Shown: one piece after another, positions 16,726 to 26,582 of the stretch
Layout of the letters: every line of letters starts with the position of its first letter
Position numbering within the stretch: the stretch's first letter is position 1
Assembly (NCBI GenBank): GCA_964474885.1
Contig: CAYYWO010000004.1
Span: 20,229 to 84,228, forward strand
Source of the DNA: Candidatus Hadarchaeota archaeon
GTDB taxonomy: Archaea; Hadarchaeota; Hadarchaeia; Hadarchaeales; JAWBSP01
Length of the DNA stretch: 64,000 nucleotides
Direction: 5' to 3'
Notes under the pieces: model-generated
What the model saw: only the letters and a program-made list of their open reading frames with translations
Told to the model about the DNA's origin: nothing
Database searches by the model: none
Position numbers and translations under genes: made by a program

Positions 16726-17826
16726 CTATTTAAAGAGGATGCGCAGCAGGGCGTGAGGGAGGCATTTGACGGACCTAACGTGGTGATCGAAGTCCGCCCC
16801 CAAAACTATCGCCCGCCTAAGGCTGTCGGAACGAAGCAGGTAGTACAGCACCTTCAATCGCCTAGGCCCCAGCGAAAAGAGAGTGGAGGAAATCACCCTC
16901 CCCCACCTGAACTCCGACCCGAAGCGCCTCCGGACCTCCTCTTGGTAGGAGTCCAAGGGGGAGCCCCGCTCTAGGAAGTCGTTGATCGAGCTTGCCGCCA
17001 GCTGCGAGCAGGACAATCCAATGTAAAGCCCCCCCTTCGTTATGGGCTTGACCTGCGCTGCCGCATCCCCCACCAAGAGGATCCCATTTCTCACCAAGTG
17101 GGGCGAATCGAGGGGGATGATATCCGCGCACGGCTTCCCGCAAGATCCCCTGATCCTACCCATCCGGTGCAGCTTGGAGAGGAAGCGTTCCAGGTGAGAG
17201 AACGGGTTGTCGTAGCTACCCAGACCCACCCTCGCCCGGTCGCCCGCGGGTACCAGCCAGCTGAAGAAACCCGGAGGCGAGCCGAGGAAGACCTCCGCTA
17301 CCCCCTCCGTTACTTCCGCCCTGACCTCCACCTGGGCGAAATTCATGAACCTCCTCCCCTTCACTAGACCTGAGCGCCTCCCGACTAGGCTGTTCGGCCC
17401 GTCCGCCCCCACTATCACCCTAGCCCGCCTGCAGCTGCCGTTGACCTCGATCTCCCCGCGCCTGACCTTCCTGCACCTGGACCTCAGGTTCAGCTGGGCC
17501 CCCGCATTCACCGCTAGATCCGCGATTTGCTGGTCGAACCTGGGCCTGTCCAGCACCCACGCCTGGGGCTCCGGGGCCCAGAGCTCGGCCCTCTCACCGG
17601 TTGGGAAGTGGAGCACCGCCCCCCTCAGCTCCTCCAGAATCAGGCTACGCTTGGGCCGGATGCCTATCTCCTCCATACCCCTTATCCCCACGATGCCCGC
17701 GCAGCACCAGGGGTAACCGATCCTGGGATGCTCCTCAAAAATTGCCACCTCCCAGCCTGCGCTCGCCAGCCTGCAGGCCAAAAAGCATCCAGTGGGGCCA
17801 CCACCTATTACCGCAACGTCAAGCAT
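16726..17826 (-). CDS. geranylgeranyl reductase family FAD-dependent oxidoreductase
   Basis: GGGPTG, CAG, LDR..FD, GADG, F.WLVP, VGDAA.QVKP..GG. Confidence 0.88.
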   Translation of the reverse strand: MLDVAVIGGGPTGCFLACRLASAGWEVAIFEEHPRIGYPWCCAGIVGIRGMEEIGIRPKRSLILEELRGAVLHFPTGERAELWAPEPQAWVLDRPRFDQQIADLAVNAGAQLNLRSRCRKVRRGEIEVNGSCRRARVIVGADGPNSLVGRRSGLVKGRRFMNFAQVEVRAEVTEGVAEVFLGSPPGFFSWLVPAGDRARVGLGSYDNPFSHLERFLSKLHRMGRIRGSCGKPCADIIPLDSPHLVRNGILLVGDAAAQVKPITKGGLYIGLSCSQLAASSINDFLERGSPLDSYQEEVRRRFGSEFRWGRVISSTLFSLGPRRLKVLYYLLRSDSLRRAIVLGADFDHHVRSVKCLPHALLRILFK

Positions 17827-17830
17827 CCGG

Positions 17831-18145
17831 TCACTTCACCGTGTCCGAGATCCACCTCAAGAACCCCTCGAAGCCCGCCTCCACACGGAAGCAGCAAATG
17901 CAAGGAACCTCATAGCTGTGGAGCTCCCTCACCGCCCGCTCGACCTCCTCGAACTTCTCGAACTTCGTTTTGCATATTAGGGCATGCTCGCTCTCCCGCT
18001 GGATCTCGTTCTGCCACCAGAAGAGGGATCTAATAGGGAAGATGTTGGCGCAAGCTATCAGCCTTCTCCTCAGCAACTCTTCTGCGATCTTTTGAGCCTC
18101 GGCTTCATCCCTACAAGTGATGTAGATGAAGACGCAGTCTGCCAT
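17831..18145 (-). CDS. cutA: divalent-cation tolerance protein CutA
   Basis: LIACANI, S.FWW, KT, HSYEVPCI. Confidence 0.95.
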   Translation of the reverse strand: MADCVFIYITCRDEAEAQKIAEELLRRRLIACANIFPIRSLFWWQNEIQRESEHALICKTKFEKFEEVERAVRELHSYEVPCICCFRVEAGFEGFLRWISDTVK

Positions 18146-18198
18146 CCATAAATCGGGTGGTAAAACAAAACAACTTTCCAGTTGTTCCCTTCGAAGGA

Positions 18199-18273
18199 TG
18201 CCGGGGGCGGGATTTGAACCCGCGGCCTCGGGATTATGAGTCCCGCGCTATAACCAGGCTTAGCTACCCCGGC
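18199..18273 (-). tRNA. tRNA-Met(CAT), probably elongator; CCA not encoded
   Basis: GCCGGGGTAGCTAAGCCTGGTTATAGCGCGGGACTCATAATCCCGAGGCCGCGGGTTCAAATCCCGCCCCCGGCA folds as a cloverleaf. Confidence 0.93.
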
Positions 18274-18276
18274 GGC

Positions 18277-18975
18277 TCATCCGATATTAGCCAAAAAACG
18301 CAAAAATTCATCTTCAGTCGAGATCAGCTTGGCCCCCTCCTCATAGCCCACCACCAGCTGGTCCGCCATGCCTGGAAAGATGCCGTTCTCCACCACTCCC
18401 GGGATCTGATTGATCCGCCTCTCCATGTCCGCGGGATCTCCCAGGCTCTCAAACCTCGTGTCGAAGATGTAGTTCCCGTTGTCCGTGACGAAGGGCTCCC
18501 CATGGACGAGCCTCAGCTCGGGCTTGCCTCCCAGTCCCTCTAGGCCCCGCCTGGCCACCCCGGCTGCGAAGGGGATCACCTCCACCGGGACCGGGGCACT
18601 CAGCTCCCTGACCAGCTTGGTCCGGTCCACCACGAAGACCACGCGCCTGGCGGACTTGCACAGGATCTTCTCCCGTGTCAGAGCCCCACCTCTACCTTTA
18701 ACCGCGTTCAGCCGGGGATCCACCTCATCCGCCCCATCCAGGACCAGATCCAAGACAGGACATTTCTCCAAATCTGCCAGAGCAAGACCCAGTTCTCTCG
18801 CCTTCCTCTCGGTCAGCTTTGAGGCTGGGACTATCTCCACCCTAGGCTTCCTCCTTCCCAGCTCCTCTAGGATCTTCTGGACTGTAGTCCCGTGACCTAT
18901 GCCTATTTTCATCCCATCCTCGACGAAGCTAGCCGCAAGGGCCGCTGCCCTCTCTTTCCACTCCCCAATTGACAA
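18277..18975 (-). CDS. rpiA: ribose-5-phosphate isomerase A
   Basis: DGADEVD, KGRGGALTREK, PVEV, TDNGN, GVVENGIF. Confidence 0.96.
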   Translation of the reverse strand: MSIGEWKERAAALAASFVEDGMKIGIGHGTTVQKILEELGRRKPRVEIVPASKLTERKARELGLALADLEKCPVLDLVLDGADEVDPRLNAVKGRGGALTREKILCKSARRVVFVVDRTKLVRELSAPVPVEVIPFAAGVARRGLEGLGGKPELRLVHGEPFVTDNGNYIFDTRFESLGDPADMERRINQIPGVVENGIFPGMADQLVVGYEEGAKLISTEDEFLRFLANIG

Positions 18976-19036
18976 ATAAATTAACTCTTTAGTGCATTTA
19001 TCTTAGTCGCGGGAGCAACACAACTATAAGAGAAAT

Positions 19037-19576
19037 GTGCCATTCTTGAAGATGAGAAGAACCATTCCAGTGCACGAGGTGATGACGAGAGAGGTCGTGA
19101 CGATTTCTCCTAAAGATACCATCGCCAAGGCAGCCAAGCTCATGAGCGCCAAGCGGGTAGGGTGCCTGGTGGTGGTGCAGAGCCAAAAACCGATAGGGAT
19201 CCTGACGGAGAGGGACATCCTTACGAAGGTCGTGGGTCTGGACCTGAAGGCAAGCAAGGTTCTGGTCGGGGAAATAATGTCCACACCTCCCATCACCATA
19301 ACACCCGAGGTAGACGTGACTGAGGCAGCAAAGCTAATGAGCAAGCACAACATAAGGCGCCTGCCCGTTGTCAACGAAGGAAAGCTGGTGGGAATAGTTA
19401 CCTCGAGCGATATCGCCTCCGTCCTTCCAGAGGTGAAGGAGCTCAACCTGATGGAGGTCCCACCGGCGGAGGAAATGGGAACCAGTGTTTGCGAGGTCTG
19501 CGGGCAGTTCACCAACGACCTGTACGAGGTAAACGGAAAGTGGGTCTGCGAGAGCTGTAGGGACAGCATGCAATGA
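19037..19576 (+). CDS. CBS-pair protein with C-terminal zinc ribbon
   Basis: Two CBS repeats (GILTERDI, RRLPVV, GIVT..DI); CEVCG...CESC. Confidence 0.9.
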   Translation: MPFLKMRRTIPVHEVMTREVVTISPKDTIAKAAKLMSAKRVGCLVVVQSQKPIGILTERDILTKVVGLDLKASKVLVGEIMSTPPITITPEVDVTEAAKLMSKHNIRRLPVVNEGKLVGIVTSSDIASVLPEVKELNLMEVPPAEEMGTSVCEVCGQFTNDLYEVNGKWVCESCRDSMQ

Positions 19577-19992
19577 TTACAGTGAGGCAGGGGCAAACCT
19601 TAGTGTTAGAGGTATTATTAACTAGAATCCCCGATGGTAACGCCGCTCCTCATCTACCTAGCGGGTAAAGGGCAAGGTGTATTAATTCCGCGACCTAAAC
19701 CTAGAAAAACTCGTACCAGATATCGAGAAAAGTTGGTGAGAGCTTCGCGACGGCTATCCAATCGGTGAACCTGATGATGTCTGAGAATCTCGTCCGAGCC
19801 GCCCGCAGGTGTGGCTGCTCCTGCAGACGGGCGGGTGGAACACGGTCGTCGATGAGAGAGGTGTGACGAGTCCCGAGTGCGATTTGTGAGGCTAATCCTT
19901 TGGGACAATGAATCTCCTCGGCTACATAACCTAATGAACAAGGGGTCATCGGGTTGGTGAGAAGACGTAGATTACGGCTGCTGAAACTCTGG

Positions 19993-20265
19993 TCAGTACT
20001 GGATCTCGAAATCGTCAAACTCTCCTTTTGGTCTCTCCCATTTGATCTCTACGCGCTCGACCTCCGCCCCTGGTGGGCCCTCGCGGCAGAACTCGAGCAT
20101 CTTCTTAAGCGCTTCCTCCTCTCCCTCCATCACTGCCTCCACTCGGCCATCAGGCAAGTTCCTGACCCATCCTCGGACACCTAATTTCTTAGCCAGCTTC
20201 CTGGTGTGGTAACGGAAAAACACGCCTTGGACCAGGCCCGAGATCCACACATGGACACGTTTCAT
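19993..20265 (-). CDS. acyP: acylphosphatase
   Basis: [26 protein letters not shown]. Confidence 0.95.
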   Translation of the reverse strand: MKRVHVWISGLVQGVFFRYHTRKLAKKLGVRGWVRNLPDGRVEAVMEGEEEALKKMLEFCREGPPGAEVERVEIKWERPKGEFDDFEIQY

Positions 20266-20454
20266 TCATTTGTACCTTGCCAGCTCGTCCGTGACGTCAA
20301 TCGAGGTAAGAAGCGTTATCCTACAGCAGTATCTGGTCAGGCCTAGATCGTCCAGTATTTTCTTCGGATCCTCTCCTGCCTTTCTCCTCCTCTCAAACTC
20401 CTCGTACTTGTCCGCGAGAAGCTTCCCGCACGTGATGCATCTTATGGGTCGCAT
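20266..20454 (-). CDS. rpoN: RNA polymerase subunit N (Rpo10)
   Basis: PIRCITCG...[12 protein letters not shown]. Confidence 0.97.
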   Translation of the reverse strand: MRPIRCITCGKLLADKYEEFERRRKAGEDPKKILDDLGLTRYCCRITLLTSIDVTDELARYK

Positions 20455-20853
20455 CTAACGATAGCTTAGCTGGTATTTTGCTCTTGCGCCCCTGCGCTCG
20501 AACTTCTTCGGCTCCTTCTTCCTAGGATCGCTCTTCAAAAGGTACTCATCGAAGTTCCTGAACACCTCCTTCACGGAAGGATCATACTCCGCCAGAGCCC
20601 TCGCGATGGAAGTCCTGACGGCGTCGGCCTGGCCGGACCACCCTCCTCCCCTAACCTTCACCTCTATGTCCACCTGCTGCGCGAGATCTGGCACCAGCAT
20701 CAGGGGCTCGGAGATGCGGAGCCTAGCCAGTTCAGGCTCCCAACAACGCAGGGGAATCCCGTTTATGTAAACCCTTCCCTTGCCTTTCCGGACAACAGCT
20801 CTAGCCACAGCGGTCTTCCTTTTGCCCACACCCATGACGACTTTCGCTTTCAA
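20455..20853 (-). CDS. rps9: 30S ribosomal protein S9
   Basis: GKRKTAVAR, GGG..GQADA, DPR.KEPKK, AR..YQ.SYR. Confidence 0.97.
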   Translation of the reverse strand: MKAKVVMGVGKRKTAVARAVVRKGKGRVYINGIPLRCWEPELARLRISEPLMLVPDLAQQVDIEVKVRGGGWSGQADAVRTSIARALAEYDPSVKEVFRNFDEYLLKSDPRKKEPKKFERRGARAKYQLSYR

Positions 20854-21284
20854 AATTTCGCCCCCAGGTGCTTACTTACTTCCCCAACCGTCACAAACTT
20901 GCAGGCAAGCTTGTCAGCCATGGCATCCGGGAAGCGCACTTTTTCAACCTGCTTGAACTCGGCCGGGATACCAATATACACTCTCAATCTTCTCAGAGCA
21001 GCTCTCCCTTTGTACTTCTTCTTGGGGAGCATGCCCGCTATCGTCTGCCTCACAAGATCGTCCGGTCGCCTGTAGTGCTTCGGGCCCTTTCGCGGGTTTG
21101 CCCTGCCCCTTATCTCCATCCACTTATCAAACTCTTCAAAAACCATGTGTTTTTTTCCCGAGATCACAACCTTCTCGGCGTTCAGCACCACCACTCTTTT
21201 CCCGCTGAGCAGGAGCTTAGCCACATAACTCCCCAGCCTGCCCAAGATGTGGTTCTCCCCGTCGACCACCACAAGCTCGGTCAT
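20850..21284 (-). CDS. rpl13: 50S ribosomal protein L13
   Basis: ILGRL.S.VAK, NAEK, GP.H.R.P, GMLP.K. Confidence 0.97.
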   Translation of the reverse strand: MTELVVVDGENHILGRLGSYVAKLLLSGKRVVVLNAEKVVISGKKHMVFEEFDKWMEIRGRANPRKGPKHYRRPDDLVRQTIAGMLPKKKYKGRAALRRLRVYIGIPAEFKQVEKVRFPDAMADKLACKFVTVGEVSKHLGAKF

Positions 21285-21649
21285 GTTACGATGAGAATTC
21301 TCTTCCCGTTGGGATTTTCTTCCAAGAGTTCCTGCAATCCTATCGCTCTGCCCCCTGAACCCTCGATCTTCTCCCTAGCATTTCTTGAGAAGCGAAAAGC
21401 CGAGACGGTCACCGCTTTAGTTAGATTCCCACAGCCCAGGACCACCCCGGGTACCAAGATTGTTTCTCCTTCCCGGGCGAGTCTGTTTATCTTACTCAAG
21501 TTAACCTCCACCCTCTTTCTCCTAGGCCTCGAGAGGAGTTCAGCCGCTTTAAGCCAGACCCTGACCTTCCGCTTCTTGCCCTCCTTCTCCAGCCTCTTGA
21601 TGACCGCTTGCAGCCTGGGATTCGTTGGTCCGGTTGGCCTAGGCATCAT
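21281..21649 (-). CDS. rpl18e: 50S ribosomal protein L18e
   Basis: TNP.L, RPRR...VNLSKI, VPG.VLG.G, AF.FS..A. Confidence 0.96.
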   Translation of the reverse strand: MMPRPTGPTNPRLQAVIKRLEKEGKKRKVRVWLKAAELLSRPRRKRVEVNLSKINRLAREGETILVPGVVLGCGNLTKAVTVSAFRFSRNAREKIEGSGGRAIGLQELLEENPNGKRILIVT

Positions 21650-21839
21650 GCTTCTCTTCCGTCTCGCTTATATGTTCCCGCATCGCATCCAACTTGCGCA
21701 CGATGTCATACAGGGAGATGCCTATCAGCAGGTAGCCCGCCCCGAGAACAAAGCCCCTCAAGATCATCGGGTGAGTAGGGGCCAACAGCGCGATCACTAA
21801 CCCTGCTACCAAGCAAACCACTAGGAGTTCCCCTTTCAA
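21639..21839 (-). CDS. small two-TM membrane protein
   Basis: 66-aa ORF overlapping both neighbours; two hydrophobic segments. Confidence 0.65.
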   Translation of the reverse strand: MKGELLVVCLVAGLVIALLAPTHPMILRGFVLGAGYLLIGISLYDIVRKLDAMREHISETEEKHDA

Positions 21840-23191
21840 CCCTTTCCCTCCTCTCGTAGGATGCCACGGGCTGCCAGGATACCTGTGGCGGCTGCGGTAA
21901 CTATACCCCTGGACAGGCCCGCCCCATCTCCGGCTGCGAAGATACCAGGGACCGAGGTCTGCATCCCTTCGTCCACATCCAGCTTCACGGCATAAAGCTT
22001 GATCTCAGGGGCGTAAAGCAGAGTAGAGTCGGATGCCAGGCCTGGCATCACTCGGTCTAGACTCTCTATCGCCTCCAACAGATCTGTGACGATCCTTCCA
22101 GGCAGAGCCATAGATATGTCCCCGGGTGTGACGCTCCTGAGGGTGGGTTTCACCTCCATTATCCTATCCCATGTGGACCTTCTCCCCCTTCTCAGGTCCC
22201 CGAGCGTCTGAAGGAGGGGGTACCCTCCCCCTATGGTCGTAGCAAGCCTAGCGATAGAGATCCCGTAGGCCAGAGTGTTGGTCACGGGCTGGGTGAGGGC
22301 GACCTTGACCAACAAGGCGAAGTTGACGTTCTCCGACTTCCTTCCCCTCAGACTCTGCCCGTTTACGCCCGCGAAATCTCCGTACCTCTCCTCCATAACG
22401 AACCCTTGGTAGTTAGTGCAAAAAGTCCGGATGAAGTCCCTGAAGGTTCGAGTCAGGATGTGAAACTTGGGGTCCCAGGTCACCTCGATGACCTCCCTCA
22501 TCACTTCCGCCTTCGTCTCGATCCTAGCCCCGACATCAATCGGCCCGTAGTTGAAGCGCATACCCAGACGCTTGGCCTCCTCCAGCAGCCACTCCGCACC
22601 AAAGCGTCCCGGTGCTAGCAGGATGTACTTGGCCCTCAGCCTCCTCCCGTCCGCCTTTACAAAACCAGGACCTACACGCCTCGCCCTTACCCCAGTCAGG
22701 ATTCGCACCCCCTCGGATCTCAGCTCCTGTACGAGGGAACCGAATATCTTGGGCAAAAGCTCGCTGCCGATGTGCCTTTGCCTTACAGGGATAAAAGTAA
22801 TGCCAGCCGATTTAGCTCTCCTCACCAGCCACTCCACTTTGGCCTCGACACCTTTCACCTCTCGGGGGGCCCCATGTTCCAGCAATATTTCATCCACCTC
22901 TCGTACGAGCTCCCACGCCCTCTTCTCACCCCCTGCTATCCTGCTTAGATCCCCGCCTACGAAGGGGCTCAGGTTCAGCGTCCCACTGGACATCCCTCCT
23001 GCCCCTCCAACGCCGCACATGACATTGCAGGGCTGGCATCGGATGCACTTTCCTCTTTCAGTTGCCGGACAATGTCGCTCCTCTATGTCCTTCCCCATGT
23101 CCAAGACCAGAACAGACAGTCCTGCTTTGGACAGAGTTCTGGCGGCGAAAAGTCCAGCTGGGCCTGCTCCAACAATTATAACGTCCCTCAT
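21836..23191 (-). CDS. FAD-dependent oxidoreductase, COG2509-like, with Cys-rich insert
   Basis: GAGPAG, CP...C..C.PC..MCG.GGAG, RTFC, APEIK, AGDGAG; start placed at ATG 23191 after GGGGAGG. Confidence 0.85.
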   Translation of the reverse strand: MRDVIIVGAGPAGLFAARTLSKAGLSVLVLDMGKDIEERHCPATERGKCIRCQPCNVMCGVGGAGGMSSGTLNLSPFVGGDLSRIAGGEKRAWELVREVDEILLEHGAPREVKGVEAKVEWLVRRAKSAGITFIPVRQRHIGSELLPKIFGSLVQELRSEGVRILTGVRARRVGPGFVKADGRRLRAKYILLAPGRFGAEWLLEEAKRLGMRFNYGPIDVGARIETKAEVMREVIEVTWDPKFHILTRTFRDFIRTFCTNYQGFVMEERYGDFAGVNGQSLRGRKSENVNFALLVKVALTQPVTNTLAYGISIARLATTIGGGYPLLQTLGDLRRGRRSTWDRIMEVKPTLRSVTPGDISMALPGRIVTDLLEAIESLDRVMPGLASDSTLLYAPEIKLYAVKLDVDEGMQTSVPGIFAAGDGAGLSRGIVTAAATGILAARGILREEGKG

Positions 23192-23387
23192 CCTCCCCGC
23201 ACCGTCCCCTCTAGAACTCTTATCCTTATCACTATCCACTCTTCAAGTGTGAACTTATCCCGTCAATAAATGTTAATGATATTGTGGCTAGGTAACAGCA
23301 AACAGGAATCACCGTGTTTCTTTATAGCGGCCTTCTGGCTTAAGAAAATCTCGATATTCTTCGGGAACGCACGAACTAGGGGTGCAT

Positions 23388-24176
23388 CTACCAGCTAGTT
23401 AGGGGGCGACCACCACTAGAATCTCTACTTAACAGCTGCCCGATTCTGCCTAGGTAAGTTCCGTCGAGTAGGTAGGCCTCGAGCTCTTCCCAGTTTAGGG
23501 CACCGCTCCTGATCAGAGGGCCTATGAGCTCGTCGGGAGGTTGCAGGTTGACGGCCGACCCTCTGACGACCCGACTGAAGGAAGGAAGGATTATCACCTC
23601 AGGGCACCCAGAAAAACGCAGGTCGGGAGGCAACCGCTGCGGGTGCAGAGACCCCTTCAGCCAGGCAGGCTCGATCTTCCTCCCTCCCTGGGCATCTTTG
23701 AACTCGAATGCCGGATGCATGTGTCCCATCACGAGCACTTTGCAGTTCAGCACCTCCGAGGAGGGCCATGCATGCCCGTGGATAAAGCCTACCTCCCCTA
23801 CTTTGATGCCCGAAGCAGAATGCAGTCTGACACCCCTCGGTACCATCCCCTCTAAGTCCCCGTCGTGGTTCCCGAGGATCACCTCGACTTCAGCCTTCCT
23901 AAGCAACTCCTCGAAAAACTCGGGTAGTTCTTGCCACTCCAGCCATGCGGTCCGGGGCACATTGTGCTTGACGTCACCCAAGAGCAGGACTCGCTCGAGC
24001 CTATACCTATCTAAGAGCTGATTTATCCTGCGCTTGATGTCCGGGAGCTGGCTGGGCAGGCTAACACCTGCCTCCGCGAGTTCGCTCTCAATCCCCAGAT
24101 GCAAATCCGCGATGACAAGCATTTTAAAGTCTCGGTAAATCATCGCCGGGTGATTGGGTACGAGCTGTAGTCTCAA
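23388..24176 (-). CDS. metallophosphoesterase (COG1407-like)
   Basis: ADLHLG, LGDVKH, GNHDG, HGH, GHMHP; start estimated at TTG 24176. Confidence 0.88.
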   Translation of the reverse strand: MRLQLVPNHPAMIYRDFKMLVIADLHLGIESELAEAGVSLPSQLPDIKRRINQLLDRYRLERVLLLGDVKHNVPRTAWLEWQELPEFFEELLRKAEVEVILGNHDGDLEGMVPRGVRLHSASGIKVGEVGFIHGHAWPSSEVLNCKVLVMGHMHPAFEFKDAQGGRKIEPAWLKGSLHPQRLPPDLRFSGCPEVIILPSFSRVVRGSAVNLQPPDELIGPLIRSGALNWEELEAYLLDGTYLGRIGQLLSRDSSGGRPLTSW

Positions 24177-24177
24177 C

Positions 24178-24459
24178 TTATCCCTTCCAAACTCCAATCG
24201 CCAGACCTATCGCGAAAGCAACAAAGCCATAAGAGGCGTTACCTATCACCCCTTGCGTCCAGGAGGCAAGTGTGGGGAGAGCCTGGGCAGCCTTCTCCCA
24301 CAGATCAGGGATCTTCACCGTTGCCACGCCAGCCACCGTAAGCAACGACAACAGGGCTATGACGAGGGTCACGAGCTTAATCGCCTGCTTGACAAAAAGA
24401 CCCACCAGCAGGCCGAAAATGAAGGGCAGAACCAGCGGGAATAGCCACTCATAACTCAT
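24178..24459 (-). CDS. small membrane protein (FUN14-like)
   Basis: G.LVG.FVK.AIKL pattern, hydrophobic; ATGA overlap with ilvE. Confidence 0.65.
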   Translation of the reverse strand: MSYEWLFPLVLPFIFGLLVGLFVKQAIKLVTLVIALLSLLTVAGVATVKIPDLWEKAAQALPTLASWTQGVIGNASYGFVAFAIGLAIGVWKG

Positions 24460-25379
24460 GCCAGTTCAAGCCATCCCCTGTAGCGCGGAACCTTCCCCCT
24501 GACGGTTTCAAAGAAGATGTTCTGAATCTTCCTCGTCACAGGCCAGTTTCCCCTCCCTATTGTCTTCCCCTCTATCTCCCTCACAGGTGTGACCTCTGCC
24601 GCGGTCCCCGTGAAGAAAACCTCATCCGCCTCCAGGAGCTCCTCGACCGTTAAATCCTTCTCTTGAAAAGGTATCCCCTCATCCCGAGCTATCTGGATGA
24701 CGGAGTCCCGAGTTATCCCAGGCAGTATGCCTGCCTCGATGGGTGGAGTAAGGAGCTTCCCCTCCCTGACAATGAAGAGGTTCTCACCTGGGCCCTCCGC
24801 CACTTTGTTGTCCAGATTAAGGAGAATTGCTTCATCATAGCCCGCCTGCAGTGCATCCAGCTTCGCCAAAATAGAATTCGCGTAGTTTGCCACTAGCTTC
24901 GATTGAGGAGGGAGGATGCGTTTGTCTATTCTCCGCCATCGGGAGATCTTGACTCTGACCCCTCTTCTCAGGCCTTCCTCGCCCAAGTACGTCCCCCAAG
25001 GCCAGGTAGCTATGGCCACATGGACGGGAGCCCCTGAAGGGTTTAGGCCCATGACACCGTAGCCGTGGAAGGCTATGGGCCTGATGTAGCACTCCTCCAG
25101 CCCATTCACTCTGATCAGGCGCTTGGTTGCTTGAACCAATTCCTCAACGGAGTAGGGGATTCTCATCCCTATGAGCGAAGCCGAAGCGTGCAACCTCTTC
25201 ATATGATCCGTTAAGCGGAAAACTGCGGGCCCCTCCTCAGTCTTGTAACAACGTATCCCCTCGAAGACGCCGAATCCGTAGTGCAGAGTATGTGTCAGGA
25301 CGTGGATTTTCGCTTCTTCCCAAGGTACAAGGTTTCCATCCATCCATATGTACTTGGTCGGAGTAATGCCGGATTTCAT
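24456..25379 (-). CDS. ilvE: branched-chain amino acid aminotransferase
   Basis: LHYG.GVFEGIRCY, YIRP, K...NY, EG.GENLF, LPGITR, GTAAEV. Confidence 0.96.
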   Translation of the reverse strand: MKSGITPTKYIWMDGNLVPWEEAKIHVLTHTLHYGFGVFEGIRCYKTEEGPAVFRLTDHMKRLHASASLIGMRIPYSVEELVQATKRLIRVNGLEECYIRPIAFHGYGVMGLNPSGAPVHVAIATWPWGTYLGEEGLRRGVRVKISRWRRIDKRILPPQSKLVANYANSILAKLDALQAGYDEAILLNLDNKVAEGPGENLFIVREGKLLTPPIEAGILPGITRDSVIQIARDEGIPFQEKDLTVEELLEADEVFFTGTAAEVTPVREIEGKTIGRGNWPVTRKIQNIFFETVRGKVPRYRGWLELA

Positions 25380-25582
25380 CCCATCCTCACACTCTTTGTT
25401 TTAAGTCCCTATACACAAGTCCCAGATGTTGCAAAATCCCGGTGATTCCGGACAGATGTCAGAGTAATCTACCATGAAAACATTGAGCACTATCATCTAT
25501 TTGAAATGGGAGGCAAGACTCATCACACAATTGCCTGCTTGAGCGAAACTGCAGGAAAAAAATCGAAACTCTGACAATGGGT

Positions 25583-26164
25583 TTATTCTGAGAAAACCGA
25601 ATCGATTCTCGATTTGACCTCCTCGAAATGCTGTACTATATTTTCAGGCAACAGCCCGCGCTGGAGGTACTCTGAGAATCTCTTGTTCCTCTCCTCCTCA
25701 GTCAGCATCTTCGCGTAACTTGCTATGTGCTCCCCTCGAATTCTCTCCTTGGGAGGCAGGACGGATGGATCATGGGGAATTGCCATGCCGGCATCCACAG
25801 CGCCCTTCAAAGCCGCAAAAACCCTCGCACCCGGAGTGGGCTGATGGAGGCCAATGTCTAGGATGCCCTCAGTTATCCCCCTCTTCAGGCTTCGCTTGGC
25901 GCAGAGGTACCCGGCAAGGTATGCGGCAGGTGTATTGCTACCCCCTTTCCAGCCGAATTTTCTCAGCTCCTTCAAATCTGCCCAGCACAAAGTGACATCA
26001 CCCCGCGAATCGTACTTGACCAGGTGGACTATCACTCTCCTGTTGCTGAGTCTCACAACCAACCTAGGCTTGCCGGACAACAATAACTTGAGCCTGCGCT
26101 TGTAATCAGTCTTGCCCTCTCTCCTCCTTCTGAAGGGAACCCTATACCTAGGACCTGACTTCAC
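25583..26164 (-). CDS. rpl18: 50S ribosomal protein L18
   Basis: [28 protein letters not shown]; start placed at GTG 26164. Confidence 0.96.
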   Translation of the reverse strand: MKSGPRYRVPFRRRREGKTDYKRRLKLLLSGKPRLVVRLSNRRVIVHLVKYDSRGDVTLCWADLKELRKFGWKGGSNTPAAYLAGYLCAKRSLKRGITEGILDIGLHQPTPGARVFAALKGAVDAGMAIPHDPSVLPPKERIRGEHIASYAKMLTEEERNKRFSEYLQRGLLPENIVQHFEEVKSRIDSVFSE

Positions 26165-26582
26165 CAAGCTCCACACCCCTCTCGCGTAGGTATGCCAGCA
26201 GGTGAGAGCGATCCCTGAAGAATCCCCCCTTTACCATCCGGTAGAGTTCCCGGTAAAAGGAGCGTTCTATCGCTCCCTTCTCCCTCAACTCGGACAAAGT
26301 TTTCCTCAGGGCGCGCACCCTCCTCATCCACTTCTCTTTTTCCGATTCGATCGCTCCTTTTCTGCTACCCGGACCCCTTCGCTTGCCCTTTCTCGCCCTC
26401 TTCCTTCCTCTCGAGACGGATGCTTCGGGCTTCTTCCTGATGATTCCCCTCTTTATCAGCTTGCGCACATCATCCTTTGTTATGGCCGTCTGGACCTCAT
26501 CCTTCCTGTCAGGGTCTATCCAGACTCGACTCTCCCCCACGCCCAAGATCTGAGCTGCCATCCGCCTCTGGAGCCTCGTCAT
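26148..26582 (-). CDS. rpl19e: 50S ribosomal protein L19e
   Basis: QRR.AA..LGVG..RVWIDP, GPGSRKG, WM.R.RALR. Confidence 0.97.
   Translation of the reverse strand: MTRLQRRMAAQILGVGESRVWIDPDRKDEVQTAITKDDVRKLIKRGIIRKKPEASVSRGRKRARKGKRRGPGSRKGAIESEKEKWMRRVRALRKTLSELREKGAIERSFYRELYRMVKGGFFRDRSHLLAYLRERGVELGEVRS

Noticed and set aside
20868-21800. 310-aa plus-strand ORF and similar long ORFs (50659-51603, 54781-55482, 7757-8503)
   Set aside because: Antisense shadows of clearly identified genes; no recognisable motifs
23288-23306. Fourth copy of the dispersed hairpin motif (ggtaacagcaaacagg)
   Set aside because: Match too short and no dyad symmetry
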